A stretch of DNA of 64,000 nucleotides from a virus, in the IMG/VR virus record IMGVR_UViG_3300036781_000838, positions 31,135-95,134 of that record; one strand, given 5' to 3'. Within the stretch, counting starts at the first letter, position 1. Every line of letters begins with the position of its first letter. The notes beneath the pieces are model-generated. The model was not told where the DNA came from and did no database searches. It was given only the letters and a program-made list of their open reading frames with translations. Below, one piece after another: positions 8,560 through 23,400 of this stretch. The translations under genes and the position numbers were made by a program.

Positions 8560-11484
8560 ATGCCGAGTTACATGGTGGGTGCCAAAGATGCTTTTGTACC
8601 CACTCAGCTTTACCACCCCGATTTTGATGCTATCAATGGATTATTAAGGCTTAAGCAGTCTCAATATGACCAGGGGTTTAATGCCGTGAAGTCAGCGTAC
8701 AGTTCGATTTTAAATGCACCGATTACCAACCAGGAGAACCAGGTCGTCCGGCAGAACTACCTTAAAGATGCCCAAGAGAAACTGAAAAACCTTTCATCGG
8801 TAGATCTTTCCTTAAATAAAAATCAGATAGCTGCTGAACAGGTATTCCAGCCATTTGCCAACGACAGTGAGATTGCGGCCGATATGGTAAAAACCAAGGC
8901 TTTCCAAACGCAGTTCCAGGTGGCTGACAATCTGAGGAATTCCAAAAAGATAGAGGATCAGGCCCGGTATTGGGATACGGGAGTGCAATACCTGCAAAAT
9001 GGACTGGATACCTTGCGCACCGCAAAAAGAGGGGATGGGTCGATACAGCGGGTAGAGAGTCGCAGGTATGTCGATTATGTTGACCCGGAGAAATACCTCG
9101 CTGACGAGGCGCAGAAGGACGGGTTAAAAATTGAACGGCAAACTTCGAACGGACAATATAAGCTGACCCGAATTAACGGTGATGAAGCTGTTCCCTTATT
9201 TGAAACATGGGCAAAGTCAAAACTAAGCGGGAACAATCAAATTAATGATATGTTCCGGGTCCAGGGTACCACCCTGTATGAAAATAGTGTAAATAACCTG
9301 GTAAACCATGGGATGGATGAGCAGAATGCAAAGTCATCGCTGGCTGAAAATTATCTTGCAAGACAGGCCAATAGCTACAAATCGACCTATGATAACCTGA
9401 CCGCCTATTTAGCTCAACTACAAAAGGATAGCAGGATGGCTCGTGAACTATTGAACGATCAGCCTTCTGAAGAGAACTTAAACAGTTACAAGGCTAAGCT
9501 GGCACAATTGGATAGCACCAACCAAAGCTTGGCTCAGTACGAAAAATTATATAAGTCGTTAAGCGATAAAACTGGTAAGGATTACCAGGATAATTATAAG
9601 TCTATTTTAAACAATGGAGAGTCCTTCTTTGCTGAGCATTCCCGGGATGCTTTTATCAGCAACTGGGCACGCGGGCGGGCTTCCAACTCCAGTGTTAAAT
9701 ATGATATCGATCCTGGCTTCAAATTAGAAGAATCCATGAAAAAGGAGATGGAGATCCTTGAATTTCAAAAGGCAATGACAGATGAGCGGGTTTCCCATGT
9801 TGTCAATGGCGTTGCCTACGATAAAAGTGGAAAACCACTTGGGCCAGCCAGTTCTTTTGGGAATGTGTCTTCAACAGGAAGTACTTCAGCCCAGGCCAAA
9901 CAACAGGACATGGATACCCCTATCTATGTTGGGCTAAATACCTACGGAACCAATGGTGCTTCCAGCTACAACCGCTTCGTGGCAGCCAAGCAGAATGCGT
10001 TGAATGATTATGTAGACAACGGGCTTAATTTCATACAAGGCATGAGCCATAATTACGGCGGGGACAATATTCAGGTAATCAGTACTGGGTTGCTATCCGA
10101 ATTAAAAAAACAGTTGACTACCGGCCAGGTTGCCTTAAATGCCCCAGAACTACAACAAGAATTTAAGCAATTGCAGGGAGCTGGTATTATTCCCCAAACA
10201 CTTAATTATGGTGCTTCTCCTACGCAGACCTACCAGGCCATCAAAAATTATTACTCTGATATCCTTATTAAACAGGCTAAAAATGGCCAGGCAGATACCC
10301 AGATGATAGGACTTGCTGCCCGGGAGGAACGCATAGATAAACAGTATAATAACCTGAAGAAAATTGAAGACACGGAGCTGACCAAAATAAAAAATAATCC
10401 AAAATATAAGGGGCTGATTGAAGATGATAAAATAGTTGACCTGGGAGAATACATAAAAAAACAGGGACCTGATATATCTGATAAAACAATTAACCAGCAA
10501 TATGAGGACTATCGCCAGGTTCAAAACCAAATACTAGACCCCATAACAGGCCAGGCAGCTCACGTCATTAGCAGGGACGCATTTCACCGTGAAATTATTG
10601 CGCATGCCACCCAGCAATTTAAGGACGAGTACGATAAAAAAGTAGAAGGGTTTAAGGCTGATTTTGGTAAAACGAGTTATGCCAAAGACGAAAACGCTTA
10701 TATCGCCCCTACCATTCGTTTCAATACAGACCGGAAAGGGACTGAAGACAAAGCGCAGAAGATAGCTCAAATGGCGATGGCCGATGACAATTTTACTGAA
10801 CAGGATATTAGTAAAAATGGGATCACCCCGGTTAATATGGATCAACTGGAATCCCTGGGTGCCGACAAGAAAGAAGTAGCCGGGTTTCTTCAGTATGCGC
10901 AAAAAAATGTGGCTGATATGATCTCCGGGGTGGAGGTAAGTAAGATCGGGACCAATGGAAATCCTATGGTACGGCTGGTATTTGATAAACAAACGCTCGA
11001 TGAATATCGAAAGGCAAAAACGGGTCTTTTCAGCGATGCAACCGCAAAAGCCCTTGGGAAAGGAGTAGAAATTGAACTTAAAAACCCCCGGGCGCTCGAT
11101 GCGCAAGGATTGGATCTTGATTTTACCCCTTCTTCTCTGGATATGCTTGACCTTACCCTGAATGGGAAGGCTTCCGCTCCCCAAATATTAAAGCGGGCTG
11201 GCTTTGATTATTCGGTAGAGCCTTCGTTTGATAAAAAGAACCTGCTGGTAACTTTTAAATATAACCGGTTTGAGAAGGGTAAACTGGTACCCGGCTCCTA
11301 TAACCGGTCCATTCCCGTGGCCGGCATCAGCTTAAATGACGTTGAGAATAACCTGTACAGCAGCGCCATGGAGATTTACAGTGGCAATAACCAGGCATCC
11401 ACCCAGTACTTCAAAGCAAACCCACAGGTCACCAAAGAACAAATTGCAGCAATAGAAAAACAGTTCAATTACCCTAAAAACTAA
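8560..11484 (+). CDS. Putative virion cargo/ejection protein (helical, coiled-coil)
   Basis: 974-aa ORF directly upstream of the RNAP gene (2-nt gap). Confidence 0.6.
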   Translation: MPSYMVGAKDAFVPTQLYHPDFDAINGLLRLKQSQYDQGFNAVKSAYSSILNAPITNQENQVVRQNYLKDAQEKLKNLSSVDLSLNKNQIAAEQVFQPFANDSEIAADMVKTKAFQTQFQVADNLRNSKKIEDQARYWDTGVQYLQNGLDTLRTAKRGDGSIQRVESRRYVDYVDPEKYLADEAQKDGLKIERQTSNGQYKLTRINGDEAVPLFETWAKSKLSGNNQINDMFRVQGTTLYENSVNNLVNHGMDEQNAKSSLAENYLARQANSYKSTYDNLTAYLAQLQKDSRMARELLNDQPSEENLNSYKAKLAQLDSTNQSLAQYEKLYKSLSDKTGKDYQDNYKSILNNGESFFAEHSRDAFISNWARGRASNSSVKYDIDPGFKLEESMKKEMEILEFQKAMTDERVSHVVNGVAYDKSGKPLGPASSFGNVSSTGSTSAQAKQQDMDTPIYVGLNTYGTNGASSYNRFVAAKQNALNDYVDNGLNFIQGMSHNYGGDNIQVISTGLLSELKKQLTTGQVALNAPELQQEFKQLQGAGIIPQTLNYGASPTQTYQAIKNYYSDILIKQAKNGQADTQMIGLAAREERIDKQYNNLKKIEDTELTKIKNNPKYKGLIEDDKIVDLGEYIKKQGPDISDKTINQQYEDYRQVQNQILDPITGQAAHVISRDAFHREIIAHATQQFKDEYDKKVEGFKADFGKTSYAKDENAYIAPTIRFNTDRKGTEDKAQKIAQMAMADDNFTEQDISKNGITPVNMDQLESLGADKKEVAGFLQYAQKNVADMISGVEVSKIGTNGNPMVRLVFDKQTLDEYRKAKTGLFSDATAKALGKGVEIELKNPRALDAQGLDLDFTPSSLDMLDLTLNGKASAPQILKRAGFDYSVEPSFDKKNLLVTFKYNRFEKGKLVPGSYNRSIPVAGISLNDVENNLYSSAMEIYSGNNQASTQYFKANPQVTKEQIAAIEKQFNYPKN

Positions 11485-11486
11485 AA

Positions 11487-14400
11487 GTGCCCGACTTCCA
11501 CAGTCTTTACAATCCTGACCTTTCATCCGCCCCAGTACAAATAGCTCCTCCTGATCTGCACCCGGTACAAGATCCGTTCCAGGGATATAATCCTGACAAT
11601 GGTATCAATCACGTTGATGCTGCCTTGTCTACCCTGGATAAAAACCTCTTTAAGCCGACGACGGATAGAATTCTCCAGCCCGTTGGCTATGATGCCGACG
11701 CGTTAAATGCAGATAGGTATAGGAAGTCGGATTATTTCGGACAACTGGGATTTAACCCCTTTTCAAATAATGAAGAGCGATATGGTGACCGTCAATCGAA
11801 CTTCAATAAGTTAGGAAGCGCTTTTGGGGGAGCCTGGCAACTGATTAAAAATCAGTTTGTGGAGCAAGCTGGTTCGTGGGGGGATACCCTCAACTTTTTC
11901 AAGGACAATAAATCAGCCTTTGAGGAGTCAGATTTCGATGAGATTAATAAGCACCAAAGGGAACTCTTCACCGATCATGCCATTTTTGAAACGGCAGCGC
12001 AGCGGGATAGTATCTGGAATTTCAACACGATTGCCAATACCATCCAGCAATCAGGCTATGCGGTAGGCGCCATATCTGAGATTGCTGCTGAGGAGTTAGC
12101 CCTATCGCTACTTACTGCTGCGACTTTTGGAGGTACCAGCGAACTACAAGTGGCCAGGTCTGCTAAGCTGGCAGCATCAGTAGGAGGTGTCTTGCGTAAA
12201 ACTGAGCAACTCGGGGAAGCGCTTAATACCGCCTCCCGTCTACGGAAGGTATTTGAGACCGTCAATAAAGTGAATCCACTGCTGGACAATACCCTTGAAT
12301 TTGCAGCAAACCTGAAGAATATTTCCAGGGCTGAAAATATTGCTGCCGGTGGCAGTAAGTTAGGTAATCTGCGTACAGCCGCAAGAGGGTTTGGCGCTTT
12401 CTATCGGGATGTAAGAGAGTTCAACGCTGCTGTTGCAGAAGCAAAATCGGAGGCCGCAAGTTCCTACCAGGATTTAAAAAGCGTACTGACAACTCAGTAT
12501 AAAAAGGACCACGACGGTAACGACCCGGTAGGAACTGATGCTCAAAAGATCCAGGATACTGCCATGGGCGCTGCCCAAACCAACGGCGTATCGAATACCT
12601 ACCTCATCATGCTATCCAACAAGATCGGCATGGGGAATATCATGGGTGGTTTCAAAGGGCTTAAAGATTTAGAAGAAAGTGCCGAAAGTGGCATACTAAG
12701 GTTTAGTGAAAAACAGGCGGCAAAGACCGGTGTAAAATTGGCAGATGCTGCCAGCAACAAATGGTTGGCATTTAAACAGAATTTGTTACGCACTCCATTT
12801 AGTTACTTAAAGACTAACCTGGACGAAGCGTTACAAGAAAACCTACAGGATGTTTCCCATGATGCAATTCAAAACTATTACCAAGCTAAATACAATGACA
12901 ACAAAGGAGAACCTGTTAAAAGTATTGCTGATTATATTACTGCTGCTGCAGCTAACCAGTTTCACGTTCAGGGCGCAAAAACCTTTATTTCCGGTTTTTT
13001 AACGGGGGCAATCATCGGTCCCGGGGAATACGCTATCGAGAAATCAGGGAACATAAAACAATACCTGACTGATAAAACCGGGTACCAACAACGGCAGGCA
13101 GAAGTAAAACAATCCCGTAACGAGATTATTGACGCTGGCAATAAGATCTGGAAAAACCCGCTCAATTTCGACTATAAAACGGGAGATGTGACCCTGCAGG
13201 CTAACTTCAATACAATCCTGAAGCAGGCTGCCCAGACCAATAATAAGGAAGCATTTTATGATATAAAGGACGATGCCTTGCGGCATTTTATCTTAACCGG
13301 AATTCGGTCTGGTGCGCTCGATAGCTTTAATAATCGTCTTAAATCTTACACGAAAAACCTGTCACCGGAAGAATTTACTACTGCTTTTGGTATAGAGTAT
13401 AACGAGAAGAACCAGGGAGCCGTAGTGAACCAGGTCAATGCATTTGGTGAGCGGGCCAGTGAGATCAAGGAACTCCACGAGAATATATCCGCTGATCTTA
13501 AAAATCCTTTCAACCCCTTCCGGTTCACTCCGGGTGAGCGGATCATAGGAAACCCACAGTATGTAAAAGAAGCATTATCCTATAAAGCCTGGAATGATGC
13601 AGTAGATAATTATGTCTTTACCAAGAGTTATTACCAAGATACCATCCGGGGTCAGGCAAATATATTGTCGTCATTTAGAAATAAGGCTGGATTTAAAGAC
13701 GCCAATTTCAATGATATCTATTTACTGACTTCAAAGGAACACCTCAACGCGGAGATTGATAATCTGCAAAAGGAGGTTAAAAATCTACAGCCCGATAAAG
13801 GAGATGCCGGCGCGAGGACCTTAAACACCCAGAAGCGTGACCGTTTAGCGGTTTTAGAAAAATATAAAGGACACCTGGAAAAATGGTCTGAAAGTTTTGA
13901 TAAGCATTCGACGTTGCCGGTGGGTGACCAACGTACCAACGCCTTCAATGAAAGTTTTGATGCCTTTAAACAACAAACTGCCCCCTTATTTGGTGAGTTT
14001 ATCAACAATGAGCTAAAAGCTACCGATAAAGCCCAAATCAGCAAGGACAATGTGTTAAAGGGGTTCGATTCACTGCACAACTACATGAAACTGCAGAAGC
14101 AGTCGGGTATTATCCTGGATAAAGTGAACCTGCTCGCTGACCCCGGAAATTTCTCCAAATTCTTTGCTGAACACGACAAAGCCATCAAAGGGGCGTACGA
14201 TTTCAGTACGGCTGTTCAGGAAGCGACCGGGCCTGCTGACACTGCAACTGTACATTTTAAAGATGAGAAAGGAAACGACCAATCCCACACCTTCACCGTA
14301 GGGGAAACCTATGTGGGAAAAATGTCGCAGCTGGAGAAATACCGGGGGAAAGGGAAAACGGCTACCCAGTTTAATAATGATAAGATCAAAATAGCGGCTA

Positions 14401-17400
14401 TTTCAGCAGATGGTAAGACCATTTCCATTGCCCTTAATGGGGAGCCTGCAGTTGATATGGATGCCGAAGAAGTAGCGAAATTAGCCAGGGACCACAACTG
14501 GAAGGAATACAGCAAACTATCACCGATACAACAAACGTATCTCTCTTTAAGGAACAAAATTATTACCTACCGCCTCTTGCAAAGAGACAGTAAAGGACTC
14601 CCGGTGAAAGATGCCAAGGGTCAGTATGTGCCCCAAGATGTGAAAGGAAGGGTCAAGCTCAATGAAAAAAAGGACGGTCTTTTATTCGCTTATGGTAATA
14701 ATACCATTGAATTCAACCCCAAATATGTCGTCAACCAGCAAGACTTGTCTGAATTACCAACGGTGCAGCAGCAAGCCCTAAAGGAGCAGCAGGACCGGAT
14801 TCAACGCAATTTTAAAGCGCAAGTTTCCATCTTCGAGGAAGCATTTAAAGACACAGAATCTAAGTTAGAAGAGCAAAAAGCATTGACCCGGGCCAACCAG
14901 GAAGAATTTACAAAAACAACCGAAGATCTCGGTGATTTAAAAGCTCATCTGGACCTGGTTATTGGTGAACTGGAAAAGAATCCATATAAAGGGATCGGTA
15001 GAAGATCAAATGAAAATAAGGCGCTTACCGAACTAAAGGAACTCCTGTCAAAACAGATAGGGGAAAAAAACCTTTATCTTCAACGGTTAACCCAGGAACA
15101 GGAGGTATTACAGCAGTCGTATGAAACCCTCAAGAAGGCAAATGACCTTTACGCTCAGGCTTTTTTTGAGTTGCAGGAAAATGAAACGCCTTTTGACAAG
15201 GGCAATCAGCAAAATATTTATGATAGTACCCAGGGAGACCTTACGGAAGCTGCAGGAGAGCAGGTTAATAAAAGGTTGTCAGATGAGCAGATTGATGCCT
15301 TAATCGAGGATACCCGGGCAGAAGTGGAACTGATCCAGGAGCGCATTGTGGTGGTTCATGATCTGGTGACCACTGCAGAAAAGGCCCTTCGCAAAATTGA
15401 GAAGTTTGATGATATCATAAAGGCGGTTTCTGAAATAACAGACAAGCGTCAACTCATCACTTATTTATCGACGCTCAAAGGGCAGTCGGACGACCCTGAA
15501 AAACGTTCTATCTTATCGGCATTAATAAAGGGACTCAATAAAGGAGATCTCGGGTTTGAGGCTCAATTTATATTGGAAAAGGCAGCTATCCTCAAGGATT
15601 CGAGGAAGGAACTGGCTGATTTACTGGAGAACGCAGCTCAGGTGCAGGATAAATATGACCGGCTAACACTTGCCCGGGAACAAAGGGCCAAAATAAATAT
15701 CCTGCAGCAGCGGGTTAATTATTTAAAACAGGTCCAGGATGCTATCAGCACCGGGTATGGTAAGATTGTTGCCAAACAGTCGCTTACCCGGCAAGCCCAT
15801 CTTACCAAAGCAAAGACTGCAGGAATCGCCCAGGAACTCCATGATTTTGGGGATATTATGTCTACCAGCCCTGTTATTGTTTCTACGGAGAGTCCATTCT
15901 TTGATGATATCCATAAACCCCGGCTAGACCAGGTTGGACTATTCAAAACTGCAGACAGGCATTACCTGAAGGATACCGATCCAGAGCCTACATCGCCGCA
16001 GGCTGCCCGTTTCTTCAAATTCAGCGAAAATGTGACTCCGAACGGAGCCTATTATTTCCAGGTTGTCCATGAAGGCAATGATGCCTATGGAATCCGGGTG
16101 CCAGGTATTTATAAAGATGATATCAAGGTAATTGTTGTAAAAAAGGATGGTATAGTATACAAACCAGTTGGGGTCGATGGAATTTACCTGGATGCGCCAC
16201 ATAAAGATAACCTGGTATATACCTCCATTCATGGTAATGAGCAATTACTGGATAAAAGCCCTACTGAAGCCCTTACCTGGGTCAAAGAGAACTTTGCTAC
16301 CAAATCCATGACGGATGAGGATATTATAAATAAAATTAATGAGTTTAAGACCTTCCGACAGGTAATCAAAGATAAAATTGCCCACGGGCAACCAGTTTAT
16401 TTAACCATAACAGACAAATCCATCGGCATTCAATCAAGAGAGCCGTTGGATGTTAATACAAAGCGACCCCAGGAGTTACCCTTGGAGGGACGCCTGATCG
16501 CACCTGACAACTCCGACTGGGTCCATATAAAACATCCTGATGGAACACCTATTCACCTGGAAGTATCCACTACTGGATCTGTATTAAATAAAAAGGTCAA
16601 AGCCGGCCGAATAGCTTTAGTAAAAGATGACGGTTCCATATTCCAGGTTTACAATCGTCAACTTAATGGCGCAGAGAAGGCAAATATCATAGGAATCATC
16701 AAAATGATCGCACCCCTGATGGGGCGGAGGTACCTGGATAAAGAACGTCTTGCGGAGATTGATTCCTTAGCAAAGGCTGGGAAGATATCTCCTGACCAGG
16801 CAATTCATTTGTCCAATCCCCTTACGGAATCGGAACAGGATAGGTTTGACAAAGCCATCAACTATTTAATGGGTGTTGTCTACTGGAGGCAAGCAAAAGA
16901 AGGAGAAACAGTAGGTAAGGACCAGTTCCGGGTGGCCAAGGGGATGTTATACCGCGGCGAAATGGCTGTTGCGTTTAATCCGGAAGAAATTGAAAAAAAC
17001 AAGGATGCCTTAATGGAGGGGTTGTACCACCAGGTCAATAATAAAAAGGTCGGGGATACAGCAAATGTCTTTTATGAAATGACCGTGCGGGAGGAGCAGG
17101 TTGCCGAAAAAAAATGGGATAATTATCCTCATTACCTTTTGGATGGATCCGCAGGGCGTGTGCCACCTATTTATACCAACGTCAAACCGTTTGTATCCAA
17201 AACGGATGTTTCCAGTACGCAACTAAGGTCAGTTTATTTGACCTACGGCTTTAATGCTGAATTTACGGCCGCGCCGGTGGAAAATAGCAAAAGTGATCAA
17301 AATTCGGGAGAAACAAGGGTTTTTACCGATCCGCTGGCTATTCCCAAAGAGCAGGGAGCGCAAATTGCCTTTGTTCGGAAGAAAATCGATAAAACTACTG

Positions 17401-20400
17401 ACCTTAATGTCATCGCACAATGGGACGGCACCCGGTTCAAAGTTGTAAAACTAATCGACCAGAATGGCCAGGATTTTTCAGATCGCAAAGATATCATCGA
17501 AAAGAATGAGGATTATATCAATGCAACGATAAGTTCCCTTGAAACCAATATCAATATTCCCGACGCTTATGATGCAGAACTAAACTCATTTAAAACAGTC
17601 TACCACCGTATAGAGACTTACAACGGGCAACCTACGCAACCAGGAGGTTCCCCTGGAATAGCATCTGAAGCTACAACTGGGACGTCCGGTTCTGCGAGGA
17701 AGAAAGATATCTTGGATAGGGTTTTATCCGTAGCTGATACCCCAGAAAACTACCATATTTGGTCCAACACCCGGGACGGACAGGATCGCCATCTGTTGGG
17801 AGAGCAAATACAATTTGCGATTAATCAATTGCTGTCTGTAGATCCTGCCAAACTAACCAAAGAGGGGATAGCTGATTATTTAAAAAATATTAAAGCCTTT
17901 CAGTCAAAGGATATTCTTGAAAAGGTCACGGGAATTCTCTTAAATCAGCAATTAGAAGAAGCGTCAACGGACACTTCCGGTAATACCTACTCCCAAGCTC
18001 AGATAGATACGCTGATACAACAGGCTGTTACGACCGGTATTACTGATATTATAGATGAAAATGCACGGCTGGCCCTTACGGATGACCCAAAAGTAAAAGA
18101 GGACATTGAGGCATTTAAAGCCTGGATGAAAGAACGGCTTCCCCAGGTCCCTGTTCACAAGGTGCTACACCTGATCAATGGGCGTAACTGGGGACAGTTC
18201 ATCAAGGGCGCTATTCAGATATTCCAAAATGCAGAGCAAGGAACAGGTTACCATGAGGCTTTTGAAGCGGTATGGAATGCCTACCTGACCACAGAGGAGC
18301 AGCAGGATCTGGCGGGAGAGTTCAGAGAGCGGGTTGGGGCCTTTACTAATCCCTTTTCAAAAGCTACGAAAAGTCATACCGAAGCATCTATGTATGATGT
18401 GCGGGAGATGCTAGCGGAAGAATTCAAGGATTATGTTGCTAAGGATCAACCTATAGTTCGGCCAAATTCGCCAGTTCGCAATACGATTTTCAGGCGCCTG
18501 TGGAATTTTATCAAGCGCATGTTGGGGCTAACTGTCAATGATAACCAGGCATTTAATTCAAAAATCAACCATCTTTTCAATAAAATTGATACTGGAGACT
18601 ATGCTGACGCTATCCCGATCACTACATCCAGTGAACCTTCTTACCGGGCTTTGGAGGGGAATACGGTTGAATTTACCCAGGCTGTTATGGAAGGGGTATC
18701 AGCTATATTCTTTTCAAAACTATATGCCTCCCAAAACAACATTGAGGCGCTGTTTAGCAAGGGAAGTAATGCTAAACTCTTTAATGAGTTATATGAGGGG
18801 ACCAGGGGAACCCTGGAGCAGTACTTTAATGCCCCCATTAACAGTATAGTAAAAGTATTGACAGAAAAGGGAATTACCCATGATAAGATAGCGGCTGAAG
18901 TGCTTAAATACACCAATGGCTCAGATTACCGTCAAAAAAAGTCAGTACTGGACCGTTTTAACGGAGAAGTGCTGACCGAATTCAAAAAGTTTATTGGGCA
19001 ATTTGGCTTGCAATTTAAAGAGGTGAACAATGAAGAAGGTGTAAATGACGAGCGGGGAGAGGATAATATCAACGAGATTGAGGATAAGGAACAAACAGCT
19101 ACAAATGCCCTGGGCATACGCGAGTCTATCTACGTTGATCCGCGGAATATGACAAAAAGCACTGTTCGGCTGCTGATTGCTTCTCTTACTGCGGATGAAT
19201 ACAAACCCAACAGCAACCAGGTTCAAATAAAGAAAAATGGCTTGGGACTGCCCACGTTAGAAGATTATGGGCGGAAAATTAATATACTGCTCAATGAGTT
19301 GCATGGTGTTGTTCCGGTATATGAAAAGGGGAAACGAGTTGAAGCCATAGATCTGATGTTCAGGAAGCTGGACGAGCGATTTAAAAATACAGACGGCAGG
19401 TTTAAGAAGGGGTTTGAGTGGATACAAAAACTGAAGTCCCGGCTGAAGTTTGAATTAAATGGTCAAAAACTGTCTTTTGAGCACTTGACGGAGGATGAGA
19501 TCCGGTTGTTAATAGCATTTGAATCTTCGTTTACCAACAACAAAAACCTTCCTTTTAAGATACTGATTGGGGAAGGCGGCTATCTTACGGCTGTAGATCC
19601 GGTGGTGGTTACCAACGCAGCCAAAGTAAAAGAACACTGGCAAAACAGCCTGAAGAGTACGTCCAGACAACTTAAGTCCAACGAGGACCTGGCGAAAGCT
19701 CCATTGACCTATATAGGCGCCGATGGTAAAATAATGTTTAATACCCGGTCAGAATCCATGGTCCGATTACTTTCAGCCTCTACTAATCAGACCAAGCTCG
19801 ATGGTTTAAAAAAAATGGGCATCAACTTCACCCAATCTGACGCGGAATTATTAAACTCGCCCGATATCACCAAAGCGATTGCTGAGTCTTTTAACGGGAT
19901 AAGCTATGCGTTCAGGGAGGGGCTAATCAGCGGATTTGATGATCTCTTTGGAAAACAGGTTGTCAATGGTCCCATTTCTTCCCTTCTGGCTATTGAACTG
20001 GACGCAACTGCTGAGGACAATATTTTATCACACCAGAATGCGGCCGGGAAGCAACAGTTCTCCATTACCCTCCCTTCAGCAGTATCGAATACAATCAACT
20101 CCTTAAAGGGAGTAGATAATATTTCCGACTTTATTTTATCAAACCCCCAGTATGGCTCCGTCTCGGCAAACGGTGAGATTCTGCTAAATCCCTACCAGGC
20201 GAATAGTCAATTGCTGAAAACGGACGGGATTTTATTCGATAAAAACGGTAAAAAGAAGCGGGATATCGACTACCAGTTCATTCTTGGAATGTCCTTACTC
20301 ACGGACAATGAAGGGGACAATACAGACGATCTGAAATACCCGGATAAAATTGTCCAGGAGATATACCACCTGCTGAATGGAACCTATTATACAGTGATCA

Positions 20401-23400
20401 ATTCTGACAAGAGTAGTGAATTCGGGTTAAACATGGGTCATTTTATTTCCTGGCAGGACATCAAAAAGCCAATTGGAGATAATCTATTTATAACCGGGGC
20501 GTATAAGAATGCAATGGTCGATGAAATAAAGGCGGCGCTCTTTGAAGCGCACAACCCGGCCGGCATTCAATATTACTCCGATGGAGTAACATCCATGGGC
20601 CATTTCAGGGACATATTGAATTTTATCCCAAAAGAGAATAAAAGTAATAAATATTCCCTCCTGCAAAAGGACTTTATCTCCCGGGTAATGATGGGAAAAG
20701 AATCTCCAGAAGATTTTGTCAACAGATCTCAGGTGGAAGCATTACTAACGGACTACCTGAAAAACCAGGTGGATACGCATAAAAAATACCTCGTCGATCT
20801 GGGTATTGTCAACGAAGAACCTGTTAGTGCCGGCATTACAAACTATTCTACAAATGCCTTTAGTCAAGAGCAATTGGACAAATTGGGAGTTGGGGATGCC
20901 CGAAAAATGTCAGAGGTAGAGTATACGAACCTGGTCAAGTTTATGACCATTAACCGGCAAATCGGTGTTTTTGAACAGCACAAATTATTATACGGTCACC
21001 CCGCTCTTTATAAGGACCTGGCCAAGCGCTCCAACGGGATCAATTCTCAAAAGGAACTGATGACCGAAAACAGGCAAATACTTACCTGGATGGATAAGCA
21101 CATGGGCCGATTGGATGGTAAAATCAGGGGGGACCAGGAGGCGTCCACCATCAGGTTTGTATCATATAAGGATCCGGTAGTCATATCGCTATACCATAAG
21201 GATATAGCTAAGGGAATGTACGATTCCCTGATAAAAGAGCTGCCAAAGCATACCGTTGAACAGTTGATCGGAGCAACATTCGATGACAAAGGCGCCGTGG
21301 GAACAGTGGAAGGAGGGAAGGGGACCTATATAGATGCCTATATCAATGCCAATGAACCGGACGGCCAGGCATATGTGATGATGGATTTTTTCCGTGATAT
21401 GCTGTTTCAATCCGGCAAATTGAGTAAAGAGCAGTCAGCACTATGGGAATATGAAAGGGCAGTAGAGATCAATGACCGGAGCAATCCTAAAAGTGACTAT
21501 TATAAGGAATATACAAAACAAGATATCGACCAGGCGAGGGCGCTGCTGCAGGGAGAGAAGCCCAATGGCGTACTACAGACATTAAAACCGCAAGGATTTG
21601 GATATCAGACCACCGAAGGCATTACGCATACCACGTTTTTAAAGCACTCTGTTTTTCCGCTTACCTGGACCCGTGTAAGGGATCAGCCTAATATGGCAAA
21701 ATTGTACATCAGTTCTCAGGGTAATAAGATTGATGTCATTGGCTTCGAGTCAGGAGAAAAAGTAGGAAATGTGCTTCAAAATGGCGGCTTTGTGCAGCTG
21801 TACGGAGAGGACGGAACCTTTAACAGTGATCAGTTGCCAATACAGGAAATGTATTCCAAATATTACGGCATACAGGTGGAAATGGCTGCAAAGACCAAAG
21901 AGAAGGTAGTTATGGGCACGCAGATGCGCAAATTGATTTTGTCCAACCTGCCGGAAGAACTTAGACCTGTAGCTGATCAATATTTCAAGGTGTTGGAGGA
22001 TCTGATGGCCCTCGACAAGAAATCACTACTACATGAAGTCGGGTTAACAAGATTGCCGGATGGTAGTTACCAAACCGATAACCTGGAGGGACTTGTCAAT
22101 ACCCTTCGTCAGGAGGCTATTTCAAGGGAACTGCCGGATAATGTCATTGATATGCTCTCCGCGGTAAAGACCGAGGCCGGCGACCGGTTAGCATATAAAT
22201 TTGATGCTAATCCCATCCGCGAGAAGATTGACAATATTCTCAACGCAATTGTAGACTCAAGGGTCATTTCCCAAAAAATGTTTGGTAAAGCCTCCGTCCA
22301 GGTTGCGTCCACCCTGTGGGAGAAAAATCCCAGGAGTTTTATGTACCTCAAGGAAGGTATATGGACTTCGACCGAAGGAATAGAAAAGGGTAGCCTTACC
22401 GCCGAAGAGCAAAAATCAGTACGGATGATATCCTCCGACCTGAAATTCTATACCCGGGAAGAACCTTGGATGGAAGTATTGCTTCCCCATTATTTCGAGG
22501 GGATGCTGCCAACAGATATCAATCTCGCCGATATCGATCCCCGGCTGCTCGCTGCCATCGGATTTCGTATTCCGACGCAAGGGATGAATTCGATTGATAA
22601 TATCCGCATAAAGGGCTTTCTTGATCCGTCTATGGGTGATGTCGTGGTAGTGCCTTCTGAAATAGTAGGTAAATCAGGTTCTGACTTTGATATCGATAAA
22701 TTAAATATCTATTTGCCCAATTACACCATTGAAACAGTTAATGGTAAAAAATCCATAAAGTATGTGGATCCAGCCGGGTCCACCAAGGAAGCCCTTCAAA
22801 ACCGGTTAATACAGCTCATGGGCCAGATCCTGTCTCATCCGGACAATTACCGGCAGCTCATCGTACCCAATGGAGCCGAAACCCTTAAAGGACTGGCGGA
22901 CGAAATCAGGAGACTCAAGGGTCTTGATAAAGAAGGCGCCGGTCTAACCAGGTTAAGTGAGTGGAAAACGATGGTCGAAACTCGGGAGCGTTACATCAGC
23001 GGAAAGAAACTGGTGGGGATTGGCGCACTCCAGATTACATCACATACCGTTAGCCAGTTGGCGGGGATACAATTAACCGGGACCTATAAAGCCCGGGATG
23101 GCCAGGAGCTACCCATTAAAATAAAGTTTGATCACAACTCAGAGGCGGGTAAGTTCTACCTGACCGCGGTGATGGATAAAGGCAACCAGTACATCTCTGA
23201 ATTGCTGTCGGAGGCGCTTACCGGGTTTGTAGATGCAGCCAAGGACCCGTTTATATTTGACCTGAATTTAAATCTGCAGACCGCAGCTACCTGGTTCTAT
23301 CTGCAAAAATTGGGCGTTCCTGTCAAGGAGCTGGCGTATCTACATACTCAGCCATTAATTGAGCAATACTTTGCTGAACAAGGGAAGAATGAATCCTACG

